Assembly: GCA_965204375.1 (NCBI GenBank)
Contig: OZ241986.1
Coordinates: 4,672,001 to 4,736,000, forward strand
Reading direction: 5' to 3'
DNA from: Candidatus Latescibacterota bacterium
Lineage (GTDB): Bacteria > Latescibacterota > UBA2968
DNA: 64,000 nt
Shown: in pieces, positions 31,678 to 40,864 of the stretch
Layout: every line of letters starts with the position of its first letter
Numbering within the stretch: position 1 is the stretch's first letter
The notes under the pieces: model-generated
Databases searched by the model: none
Told to the model about the DNA's origin: nothing
The model's input: the letters and a program-made list of their open reading frames with translations, nothing else
Program-made: the position numbers and the translations under genes

Positions 31678-34140
31678 TTATTCATATCGCAATGTCTCAG
31701 CGGGATTTGTTCGGGCGGCTTTCCACGCTTGCGTGCTTACGGTTAATATCGCGATCCCCAATGTCAGGAGGCTTCCCAGGACGAATGGGGTTGCACTGAG
31801 TTCGATCCGATAGGCAAAATGCTGTAACCATCGATCCATTGCCAGATAAATAATTGGATAGGCGATCAGATTTGCTATGCCGACGAGTATGATAAAGTCT
31901 CTGCACAGCAGTATTACGAGATTCCAGACGGATGCGCCCATTGTTTTGCGTATGCCTATTTCTTTTGTGCGCTGTTCTGCGGTGAAGGCTGCCAGACCCA
32001 ATAGCCCCAGACACGCTACGAAGATCGCGATGACAAATGCCGCGCGGAATATTTGCCCCGTGCGCTGGTCGTCCCGATACCAGCGTTCCAACTGGTCAGA
32101 CGCAAAGGCGATTTCGGGCGAGCGGGTGGGAAGAAATTGCGACCAGGTGCGTTGTAGAAATGCCATTGTTTCGGGTGAAGGTCGAATCCGCATGGAGAGG
32201 TGGCTGAGGCGATACCACGCGGCTGTGATGACCAGCGGTTCGATGGTTTCGTAGAGGGGTCGATAGTGAAAGTCTTTGACCACGCCGATTACATGTCCTT
32301 TTCGGACGTGTGAGTTTAACACTTTTCCTATGGGGTCTGTCCAGCCAAATACTTTTGCTGCGGTTTCGTTTATGACGAATAATTCGCCGGGTTTGCTGCG
32401 TCTTTCCCACGCCCGTTCTGCATACGTGCGGTCGTAATTTCGTCCGGATAGCAGGGGTATATCGTAGCAGTCTATAAATGCTTCGTCTGCGCCAAATACC
32501 CGCACTTCAACGCCCCGGTCTGGGTCGCCATCTGGGAAGAACCACTCGCGGTTGGGCCAGCTATTTCCCGGCAAATGCGATGTTGCCGATACGGTTGTGA
32601 TGTTCGGGTGTTGTGCGAATGCGTCTTTTATCTGAAGATACCGCTTTTGCAACTGTCCGCCATTGTTTTGATATCGGTCTTGACGGAAGATTGAGGCGAC
32701 GGCGACTTCATCTTTGTTAAATCCCAGATCTTTTTCCCGGATCAATTGCATCTGTTCGGCTACAATGATGGTTCCGATGATTAATATAATCGAGATGACA
32801 AATTGCAATACGACGAGTCCTTTTCGCACGCGGGCTTGCGCTGATCCGGCTTTGATTGATCCGCCTTTCAATACGGTTGCGGGTTCGAAGGCAGAGAGGT
32901 AGAGTGCGGGATAGCTTCCCGATAATAACCCGACGAACAGGGTGATTCCCAGGATCCAGAGGGACAATCCGCTGTTCATGGTCAGGTTTTCCTGCACAAA
33001 TGCGCTGAACGGGGGCAGTACGAGATATACCAGTCCGAGGGCTATACATGCGGATAGGGCGGATAATAGGAGGGATTCACCAAGGAATTGCTTTATGAGA
33101 TGCGAACGATACGCGCCCACGACTTTCCGTAGTCCCACTTCTTTCGCGCGGCTGGCAGATCGGGCTGTGGAGAGGTTCATGAAGTTGATGCAGGCTATTG
33201 TGAGGATAAAGAAGCCCACGAGTCCCAGCAGATAGATTTGCTGTATGTTTTTGTAGGGTCTTCCCGCGTCGCCCGTAAATCCGGGCATATCGATTTTGGA
33301 ATACAGGTGCATGCGCGATACGGGATGGAGATAATAGCGCACGGTTTCGCTTTCGTCTTCTGCGATTTCCGCGTAGCGTTCGACCATTTCTGCCAATTTG
33401 GAGGCGATGTCTTCGGGATTGGCTCTGGGTTTCAGGCGCAGATATGTGTTTGCCGGGCGCGAATACGCTGGCGACAACCAGTGATCCCACGATCTGCGCT
33501 GGCGAACACCCTGTGGCATGGTGGCGGTGATGAAGTCATATTGAAACCGGGAGTTGTCGGGTGCTTGTCGAATGACGCCCGTGATTTGATATGTGCCGCC
33601 AAACAGGTTGTGATCTACGGTGATTGTTTTGCCAACTGGATCATCGGTCCCAAAAAATTTCCGGGCGATGGGTTCTGTTATGACGACGGAGAATGGGTCC
33701 TGTAATACGGTTTGAGGATCGCCTGTCAATATGTCGATGCCGAAGAATGCGAATACGTTGGGGTCGCTTAGCCAGAACATCTGTTGAAACGATTTTTCCC
33801 CGGCGGTTATCCATCTGAGTCCGGCCCAAAAGCGTGTGGCGTCTTCTATTTGTGGAAATTCTTCGGTCAGTACGGTTGCCAGTGGTCCCTGTTGCCCCGT
33901 ATGCCACGCGATCCGCCCGTTTGCATGGCGGGTTTGTTTCATGACGCGATAGGTGCGCGCGACTTCTGGACGAAACCGGTCGTAGCTCAGTTCATAGGAG
34001 ATGTATATCGCGAGCAATACCGCACACGCCATTCCAAGTGCCAGTCCGGACAGGTTGATCAAGGAGTAGCCCGGATGTCTCAATAGGTTGCGAATGGCAA
34101 TGGTGAGGTAGTTTTTACTGAGGTAGAGGGTTTGTTTCAT
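31678..34140 (-). CDS. ABC transporter permease (duplicated MacB-PCD/FtsX)
   Basis: KNYLTIAIRNL, ACINFMNL...RAKEVGLRK, EQRTKEIGIRK, AARTNPAETLRYE. Confidence 0.92.
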   Translation of the reverse strand: MKQTLYLSKNYLTIAIRNLLRHPGYSLINLSGLALGMACAVLLAIYISYELSYDRFRPEVARTYRVMKQTRHANGRIAWHTGQQGPLATVLTEEFPQIEDATRFWAGLRWITAGEKSFQQMFWLSDPNVFAFFGIDILTGDPQTVLQDPFSVVITEPIARKFFGTDDPVGKTITVDHNLFGGTYQITGVIRQAPDNSRFQYDFITATMPQGVRQRRSWDHWLSPAYSRPANTYLRLKPRANPEDIASKLAEMVERYAEIAEDESETVRYYLHPVSRMHLYSKIDMPGFTGDAGRPYKNIQQIYLLGLVGFFILTIACINFMNLSTARSASRAKEVGLRKVVGAYRSHLIKQFLGESLLLSALSACIALGLVYLVLPPFSAFVQENLTMNSGLSLWILGITLFVGLLSGSYPALYLSAFEPATVLKGGSIKAGSAQARVRKGLVVLQFVISIILIIGTIIVAEQMQLIREKDLGFNKDEVAVASIFRQDRYQNNGGQLQKRYLQIKDAFAQHPNITTVSATSHLPGNSWPNREWFFPDGDPDRGVEVRVFGADEAFIDCYDIPLLSGRNYDRTYAERAWERRSKPGELFVINETAAKVFGWTDPIGKVLNSHVRKGHVIGVVKDFHYRPLYETIEPLVITAAWYRLSHLSMRIRPSPETMAFLQRTWSQFLPTRSPEIAFASDQLERWYRDDQRTGQIFRAAFVIAIFVACLGLLGLAAFTAEQRTKEIGIRKTMGASVWNLVILLCRDFIILVGIANLIAYPIIYLAMDRWLQHFAYRIELSATPFVLGSLLTLGIAILTVSTQAWKAARTNPAETLRYE

Positions 34141-34173
34141 GGGATATAGGTATAAAGGGAGAAGAGAGGATCC

Positions 34174-34233
34174 TGTCATCGCGGCATGCTCCCTGCTTAA
34201 ACCATGCAGGGACATGCTTTAGCCGCAATCCAG
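34174..34233 (+). repeat. About 60-bp palindromic intergenic element, copy A
   Basis: tgtcatcgcggcatgctccctgcttaaaccatgcagggacatgctttagccgcaatccag; near-copy at 57086-57146. Confidence 0.85.
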
Positions 34234-34276
34234 AAGGTTTTGAGCTGTTCCGCGCAGCACAACGTATTAATCCAGT

Positions 34277-34329
34277 TCTTTTTCATCATACTCAGAGTCT
34301 TTCATTCGTTCAAGGGTTTTTTCGTTGAA
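34277..34329 (-). promoter_or_regulatory. Duplicated promoter, copy 1
   Basis: Minus strand TTGAAC-N17-TATGAT; the 53-bp segment resembles 36948-37000. Confidence 0.7.
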
Positions 34330-34610
34330 TTGCTGACACTGCTATGTATGAATGACCCGCCTTCACACACCGCTTCAGACCCCATACGGATCATTGTACA
34401 TGGTTTTGAGTTGCGGCAGATTGTGGTTTACTGTATTCTTTCCACGATTCCCCGCCTGTCGTTAAACTTTTTTCAGACAGGTGATTAACATTTGAATAGC
34501 TGTCGCATCCTGTATTAAAGCACTTCCCGTGTAGATTTATTACGGGATGATAGGGATGATGTTGTTGTACACCACTACGGGGATGCTGCGCGTGATAGAG
34601 AGGTATCAGT

Positions 34611-36044
34611 ATGAGAATACGATTAAAAAATCTTGGCATCTTAAAGCATGCGGAATTTTCGCCGGGTACTTTGACCATTATCTGTGGTGAAAATAATACC
34701 GGCAAAACATATATGGCTTATGCACTCTACGGTTTCTTGCGGTCCTGGCGTGAACTTGTGGATTTTTCGATTAGTGAAGCTCAGATACAAAGGTTGCTTA
34801 CAGATGGTGTTCTCCATATCGATTTATCACAATATGTGAAAACAGCAAATCAAATTCTTGCGGAGGCATGTAAGAAGTATAGGGATAAACTGGATGAAGT
34901 TTTTGCGGCAACAGAAGGTCGGTTTCGTAACAGTGAATTTTACATTGAGGTAGAAATTCCCGATATACTCAATATGAAATATGAACGCGAAATGATGTCC
35001 ACTCATAGTGATAATTGGGAGCCTGATGGTGAATGGCACTTTGGTTGTATAAAGAAAAAAGGGACTGAAGAGGTAATATTCACTTTGCTGGCAAAAAACA
35101 AAAGGCTGAGAAGGGAAATGCTTTACCATACGGCAAACAGATTTATTCATAATAGGATCAGTGATATTATTTTTTGTGAATCTCCTCCTTTTCCCATTCT
35201 TCCTTTTCCCTTTATCACTTCAGCCGAGCGTACGGGTGTGGCTATTTTTCGGAGAGATCTAAATTTTGCTCGCAACCGCCTGCTTGACGAGATGGTGCAG
35301 GCGGACAAAGTGGCTGATTCTCGGGACTTGCTGTCCAAAGGGTACCAAAATTACCCTTCGCCAATAGAAGCCAATGTAGAATTTATAGGCCAACTTGAAT
35401 ACATTTCAAAAAGAAAAAGCTTTATCGCCAAAGAACATCCTGATGTATTGGAAGAATTTGCGGATATTGTCGGTGGCGATTACACCATAACACAAAATGA
35501 CCAGCTATATTATATCCCCAGAGGGAGGACAAAGGTCAAGTTGACGATGGATCAAAGCTCAAGCGCTGTGCGTTCGCTGCTGGATATGGGTTTTTATCTG
35601 CGCTATGTCGCCCATAAGGGGGACTTGCTTATGGTGGATGAGCCGGAATTAAACCTTCATCCGGCAAACCAACGCCGCATTGCTAGACTTTTTGCGCGTT
35701 TGGTGAATTTGGGGATTAAAGTCTTTGTAACGACCCATAGCGATTACATTGTCAAAGAGCTGAATACGCTTATCATGCTTAATCACGATAAGCCGCACTT
35801 AAAAAGAATAGCGAAAGAAAACGGGTATCGGGATGAGGAGTTGATCCGTTCAGATCAGGTTAAAGTATATATGGCAAAAAAAGATTTAATCCCATTAGAA
35901 GAAGGGCAAAAGAGGCGCAGAAGAGGTCATACGCTTGTGGAGGCTGATATTAGTCCAGAACTTGGCATTGAAGCCCGTAGCTTTGACGAGACTATTGATG
36001 ACATGAACAGGATTTTGGAAGATATCGTGTGGGGTGCGGAGTAA
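34611..36044 (+). CDS. ABC-type AAA ATPase (AAA_15/AAA_21-like)
   Basis: GENNTGKT, SSSAVRSL, VDEPELNLHP, TTHSDY; AT-rich. Confidence 0.88.
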   Translation: MRIRLKNLGILKHAEFSPGTLTIICGENNTGKTYMAYALYGFLRSWRELVDFSISEAQIQRLLTDGVLHIDLSQYVKTANQILAEACKKYRDKLDEVFAATEGRFRNSEFYIEVEIPDILNMKYEREMMSTHSDNWEPDGEWHFGCIKKKGTEEVIFTLLAKNKRLRREMLYHTANRFIHNRISDIIFCESPPFPILPFPFITSAERTGVAIFRRDLNFARNRLLDEMVQADKVADSRDLLSKGYQNYPSPIEANVEFIGQLEYISKRKSFIAKEHPDVLEEFADIVGGDYTITQNDQLYYIPRGRTKVKLTMDQSSSAVRSLLDMGFYLRYVAHKGDLLMVDEPELNLHPANQRRIARLFARLVNLGIKVFVTTHSDYIVKELNTLIMLNHDKPHLKRIAKENGYRDEELIRSDQVKVYMAKKDLIPLEEGQKRRRRGHTLVEADISPELGIEARSFDETIDDMNRILEDIVWGAE

Positions 36045-36048
36045 GGTC

Positions 36049-36102
36049 GTGAATGATATAGAAATATTACAGGAGATGCTCATCTCTCTTTTCGCAAGTT
36101 GA
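36049..36102 (+). pseudogene. Possible truncated partner gene of the AAA ATPase
   Basis: GTG 4 nt after the ATPase stop with GGAG upstream; reads MNDIEILQEMLISLFAS* then stops. Confidence 0.4.
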
Positions 36103-36182
36103 TTTTTGAGGCATCCTGATAACACTAAATCCGAACTTTCCTCAATCGCCGCACGAATTAATTATACGAAATCTCGAATACA

Positions 36183-36854
36183 TCACATTGTATTCATACG
36201 AATAACTTTACGACGACGCACTTCAACCTTTGTGATATTTTTTAACGTCCATTCTTCTGGCTCGCCTCCTCGTTGGCCGTACCGTGCAGAAAAATGTATA
36301 ACATCTCCTTCAGTAATATACTCAGCCCATTTTCCTTTACTCACGGATGTATAAGTACATGTAATAGCTTCTCCAAATGTACCATAATGAAATAGTACTC
36401 GTGTATTTGATACTTCTCCGCACTTATCACAAACTAAAAACACATCGGATAAACTTACCATTTCCAATTCTTCTGGTCCTTTAAACCAATAATTTGGTTC
36501 TTTGTAAATTTTTTCAACTGTGGCACAAAAGCGTTGTCTGGACATCTTTTTTGTCCTCACAACAGGATAAAATGATAATACAGGAAAATTTTCACTGTGC
36601 TGTACCAATTCTAAATTTTTCCTGTGTATCCTCGTATGTTCGGACAAAATATCCAATGCTTCTTTTTCACCCCAAAGACCCTCTATATCTACCAGCCATC
36701 TTTCAGGCAACAATCCGTCAACCACAGGATAAAAACCAAGTTTTTCTGGTTCTTTTTCGACATGTCCTAAATATTTACCCGTCGTATTATCTCTTAATCC
36801 ATACACACCAGATTCAAACCTTGAACCTGGAAAAGAAAATGTTTTTTTGCTCAT
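36183..36854 (-). CDS. Hypothetical protein
   Basis: 223-aa ORF in very AT-rich DNA, downstream of duplicated promoter copy 2; contains CDKC. Confidence 0.65.
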   Translation of the reverse strand: MSKKTFSFPGSRFESGVYGLRDNTTGKYLGHVEKEPEKLGFYPVVDGLLPERWLVDIEGLWGEKEALDILSEHTRIHRKNLELVQHSENFPVLSFYPVVRTKKMSRQRFCATVEKIYKEPNYWFKGPEELEMVSLSDVFLVCDKCGEVSNTRVLFHYGTFGEAITCTYTSVSKGKWAEYITEGDVIHFSARYGQRGGEPEEWTLKNITKVEVRRRKVIRMNTM

Positions 36855-36947
36855 GTGAGACCCTCAATATGTAGCAAACATCAAATCCTACCCACTTCCC
36901 ACACTTTCCATCTTACCCGAACACACCGGACGTTTTGTATATAATTT

Positions 36948-37000
36948 CCTTTTTCATCATACTCAGAGTTTTATATTCCTTCAAGAGTTTTTTTGTCGAA
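36948..37000 (-). promoter_or_regulatory. Duplicated promoter, copy 2
   Basis: Minus strand TTGAAG-N17-TATGAT. Confidence 0.7.
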
Positions 37001-37026
37001 CGGTATAAGGACGAAGGAGCAACCCG

Positions 37027-38343
37027 ATGCGATATGGTAGTCCGATTTTATACAAGCGCGTGGAGATTCCGCCTGAGTTCTGCGTTACGGCAGAGGAGGG
37101 TACTTATGGCGGCGATATTCGGATGGGCGACCTCGAGGGAAAGGGGCGGGCGGATTTTCTGGTGTACCGATCGGTTGACGATGCCCATGACGGCGGGGGC
37201 ATGAAGCCGTGTTTTCTCGGTGCGTTTACCGCGGATGGTGAGGTTTTGTGGCGGGTGGGAGAGGGTGGCGTCCAGCCCAGCAGACCCGGTCCTGTCGCTA
37301 TTTGCGATATTGATGGCGATGGCTCTGAGGAGATTATTTGTTTTTTCATTGATCCTGCGGTTGAGGCCGATCCCGATTCGATGGCAAATGTGGTCGTTCA
37401 GATTCGGGATGGGGCGACTGGCGATCTCAAGAAGCAGGCAAGTCCCGCAGAGTTGCGGTCGTGTCGGGGACGGGGGGCGAATTGGGTGCATCAGCGTATT
37501 ATGATTGCCAATTTCCGCGGGACCGATACGCCTCGAGATTTTGTGATTAAGCTCGGGGGCAAGGTCATTGCTTTTGATGAGAATCTTCAGGTTTTGTGGA
37601 CCTATGAAACCAGGTGGACAGAGTATAGCCGATGCCCGGCGTACATTCCCTCGGTTGGAGATATTGACGGCGATGGCAAGGATGAGGTGAATGGCGGGTA
37701 TTTTTTATTAGATTACGATGGGACAGTGCTTTGGGAAGAGCAACTTGGATGGAATATGGATTCGGTGACGATCGCGGAGTGGGATAATGGTCAGGTGCGT
37801 GCCATCTGCTCTGGCTTTGGGCATGTGATGGACGGTTGCGGAAATGTGGTTCTGCGTCTCGGCGAGGAGAAGGTTCCCCACGGTCAAGAGGTGAGAGTAG
37901 CGCGGTTTAGCGCGTGCGATCCGTCTCCCCAGATGGTGATTCGATATCAGGGGCATAATACGGATGTCATGGTGGTGGATACAAAGGGGAACTGTCTCAA
38001 CGATTTCCGACTCAATCCTTCGCCCAATAATACGGGTATGGAGGTCGTGTACTGGAATGGATCGGACGCGCCTGCGCTTCTGTACAATGGTGGGATGCTA
38101 TGGCTGCCTCTTGAGGGGACTTCTATCTCACTGCCGGGGCTTCCAGATCCCGAACCCGTTGGACGCATGGCGTGGTATCACTGCATTCCGGCAGATGTGT
38201 GCGGAGATGAACGGGAAGAGGTGGTTCTGTACAATCCGTGGGATACTGCTATCTATATCTATACCCCGCATCCCCTGGACGAGAGTCTGTATCAGGGATA
38301 CCGGCCCTCTGCGAGACAATACAATGTGAGATTGATGGATTAA
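37027..38343 (+). CDS. FG-GAP repeat beta-propeller protein (PL11 rhamnogalacturonan lyase-like)
   Basis: GDLEGKGRADF, DIDGDGSEEI, GDIDGDGKDEV, ADVCGDEREEV. Confidence 0.7.
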   Translation: MRYGSPILYKRVEIPPEFCVTAEEGTYGGDIRMGDLEGKGRADFLVYRSVDDAHDGGGMKPCFLGAFTADGEVLWRVGEGGVQPSRPGPVAICDIDGDGSEEIICFFIDPAVEADPDSMANVVVQIRDGATGDLKKQASPAELRSCRGRGANWVHQRIMIANFRGTDTPRDFVIKLGGKVIAFDENLQVLWTYETRWTEYSRCPAYIPSVGDIDGDGKDEVNGGYFLLDYDGTVLWEEQLGWNMDSVTIAEWDNGQVRAICSGFGHVMDGCGNVVLRLGEEKVPHGQEVRVARFSACDPSPQMVIRYQGHNTDVMVVDTKGNCLNDFRLNPSPNNTGMEVVYWNGSDAPALLYNGGMLWLPLEGTSISLPGLPDPEPVGRMAWYHCIPADVCGDEREEVVLYNPWDTAIYIYTPHPLDESLYQGYRPSARQYNVRLMD

Positions 38344-38433
38344 GGGCAGCACTCGGCAAGAATCTATCTGGTTAATATTGCCATTTGGAGTTATATTTTC
38401 AGTCAGCAGAGCATTCATACAAGGGGCCGCACA

Positions 38434-38623
38434 AATGGCTGATTTACTTGAACAGGTAGTCGCAGAGATCCAGAAATTGCCGCAAGACCAGCGGGATGCC
38501 ATTGCCGCACGTATTCTAACGGACCTGAAAGATGATCAGGCCTGGACAGAACGTTTTGAAGCCACAACTGATGAGCAGTGGGATCGTTTGGCTGAAGTAG
38601 CAAGAAGGGAAATTAAAGTGTAG
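38434..38623 (+). CDS. Small antitoxin-like protein, orphan and possibly truncated
   Basis: MADLLEQVVAEIQKLPQDQRDAIAARIL...W.ERF resembles addiction-module antitoxins; no toxin follows. Confidence 0.55.
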
Positions 38624-38653
38624 CGAAAGGTGTAATAGGACCTTATTTTTGTG

Positions 38654-38688
38654 AAGCCCAACGGACTCTTTCAAATCGTTGGGCTTTT
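38654..38688. terminator. Hairpin terminator between convergent small ORFs
   Basis: AAGCCCAACG-N13-CGTTGGGCTT followed by TT. Confidence 0.7.
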
Positions 38689-38729
38689 CCTATCTTCAGG
38701 AGGAGGTGGCAACATGAGTAAAACGATTT

Positions 38730-38993
38730 TCATGCACACTGCTTATGGAGGTGGGCAAGTAGGCTCTCTGTCGTTTCAAATGCACTGGAAGATCGGTCCT
38801 CTCGCTCGTCTTGCTCAGCTTCCCGCTCGCCTTTCTGCCATGACTCCAGCCACCAGTACTTCTGCTCTGAATCGATGAGACCTGCTTTAGCAGCCCTGTT
38901 GGCCTCTGCCTCGGTTAATCCTTTGGAATTAAGCATGTCCTCGTTGATGGTCTTGATCTTGTCTTTTGCCCGCGCGAGAATCCGCTGTGGCAT
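38730..38993 (-). CDS. Antitoxin-like fragment (C-terminal part of an AbrB/MazE-type protein)
   Basis: DSEQKYWWLESWQKGEREAEQD...FETTESLLAHL; GGAG RBS; no AbrB N-terminal domain seen. Confidence 0.5.
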   Translation of the reverse strand: MPQRILARAKDKIKTINEDMLNSKGLTEAEANRAAKAGLIDSEQKYWWLESWQKGEREAEQDEREDRSSSAFETTESLLAHLHKQCA

Positions 38994-39134
38994 TCCGCGT
39001 CTCCTATTTTGTCATTACAAGTGAAGATAATCCTGAACATGGAATAAAATTAAAAGCCCCAAAAAGGTCAATGGTTTGCTGACAGGCAAAACCAAATGCG
39101 GTACTGGTGCAAGTTATTTATTGCGCTACTGGTC

Positions 39135-39166
39135 ACTATTTGTCAACAAAGTTGTTGACAAATAGT
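39135..39166. promoter_or_regulatory. Perfect 15-bp inverted repeat with a 2-nt spacer
   Basis: ACTATTTGTCAACAA-ag-TTGTTGACAAATAGT. Confidence 0.7.
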
Positions 39167-39193
39167 AGTAAAAACAACGAGAAAGCACTAACA

Positions 39194-40849
39194 TCATAAT
39201 AAACAAGTTTTTGCTTGTAGTTCATCTACGAGCACTTTCTGGTTTTCAGAGTAATCCACAGGTATTTCGACGAGGTGTACGCCGCCTTTGGCATAACATT
39301 TCTCCAGCAGGGGTACGGTCATTTCTGTGGATTTCACGCGGTGCCCATGCGCGCCGTAGCTGTTGGCGTACATGACAAAATCCGGGTTGTCGAATTCCAG
39401 TCCAAAATCGGGAAGCCCCATCCCGTATTGTTTCCAGCGGATCATGCCGTAGGCATTGTCCCTCAAGATCAAGACGACGAGATTGAGGTTGAGTCTTACG
39501 GCTGTTTCCAATTCCTGGCTGTTCATCATAAAACCACCGTCGCCACAAATCGCCATGACCCGCCGGTTGGGATAAAACCGCGCGGCTTCCATTGCCGAGG
39601 GCAGGCCCGCGCCCATGGTGGCAAGGGCGTTGTCCAGCAACACGGTGTTGGGCTGTGTGGTTGGGTAGTTGCGCGCAAACCAGATTTTGTACACGCCGTT
39701 ATCCAGCGCGATGATGCCGTCTTCAGGCAGGACTTTGCGGACGTCCCAGACGAGGCGCTGTGGTTTTACTGGATAGCTGTTGTCGTCCTCTCCCAGATGA
39801 ATGTGTTCCTGGATCTGGTCGCGGATGCGCATGTAATAGTCAAAGTCGTGCGAGGCTGTTTTGCCGGTTTTGTCGGCGAGGCGCTGGATCGTATTTGCAA
39901 TGTCGCCTACTACTTCCAGTTGTGGAAAATAGACATTATCCACCACTGCCGATTGGAAGTTGATGTGGATGACCCGGGTTGCCCCTTCTTCGTGTGACAT
40001 GAAAAATGGAGGTTTTTCCACGACATCGTGTCCGACGTTTATGATCAAATCGGCGCGTTCAATGGCGCAGTGGAGATAGTCGCCATCGGATAGTGCTGCG
40101 GTGCCCAAAAACAGGGGGTGGAGCCCGCCAACGACGCCTTTGCCCAATTGGGTGTTGAAAAAGGGAATGCCGGTTTTGTCGAGGAAGTGCGCCACGGATT
40201 CCCAGATGCGCTTGCGGTTGGTGCCCGCGCCCAGGAGGAGCAAGGGCCGCGTGGCTTCTTTGATCATTTTTACAGCGTCGTCAATGGCGCGTTCATTGGC
40301 GTCGCCGCGCCTGCATGTGCTGATGTTAAAGACCGGCGTGGTGTGTTCGTCAACGGGTTCTTCGGCGACATCTTCCGGCAGTTCCAGATGTACGGCACCG
40401 GGGCGCTCTTCTTGTGCCAGGCGAAATGCCTCCCGCACCATGGAGGGGATCATATCTACGTTGACGATTTGTCGGGTGTATTTTGTGAGGGGTTCCATCA
40501 TGCTCACGATGTCGATGATCTGAAATTGGCCCTGTTTGCTCTTTTTGATGGGTTTTTGTCCCGTGATCATGAGCAGGGGCATGCCGCCCAGTTGGGCATA
40601 GGCCGCACCTGTCACAAAATTGGTTGCGCCGGGACCGAGCGTGGCGAGGCAGACGCCGGCTTTGCCCGTGAGGCGTCCATAGGTCGCAGCCATGAACGCA
40701 GCTCCTTGCTCATGCCGCGTCAGGATGAGTTTGATGCTCGATTTGCGAAGGGCTTCCAGAAAGGCGAGGTTTTCTTCTCCGGGTACACCGTAGATATATC
40801 CCACGCCTTCATTTTCCAGGGCTTTGACAAATAGGTCCGAAGCGTTCAT
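39194..40849 (-). CDS. Acetolactate synthase large subunit-like TPP enzyme
   Basis: GVPGEEN, RHEQGAAFMA, LGPGATN, TPP motif GDGGFMMNSQELET...DNAYG. Confidence 0.92.
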   Translation of the reverse strand: MNASDLFVKALENEGVGYIYGVPGEENLAFLEALRKSSIKLILTRHEQGAAFMAATYGRLTGKAGVCLATLGPGATNFVTGAAYAQLGGMPLLMITGQKPIKKSKQGQFQIIDIVSMMEPLTKYTRQIVNVDMIPSMVREAFRLAQEERPGAVHLELPEDVAEEPVDEHTTPVFNISTCRRGDANERAIDDAVKMIKEATRPLLLLGAGTNRKRIWESVAHFLDKTGIPFFNTQLGKGVVGGLHPLFLGTAALSDGDYLHCAIERADLIINVGHDVVEKPPFFMSHEEGATRVIHINFQSAVVDNVYFPQLEVVGDIANTIQRLADKTGKTASHDFDYYMRIRDQIQEHIHLGEDDNSYPVKPQRLVWDVRKVLPEDGIIALDNGVYKIWFARNYPTTQPNTVLLDNALATMGAGLPSAMEAARFYPNRRVMAICGDGGFMMNSQELETAVRLNLNLVVLILRDNAYGMIRWKQYGMGLPDFGLEFDNPDFVMYANSYGAHGHRVKSTEMTVPLLEKCYAKGGVHLVEIPVDYSENQKVLVDELQAKTCLL

Positions 40850-40864
40850 CGCTTTCTCCGTTTA

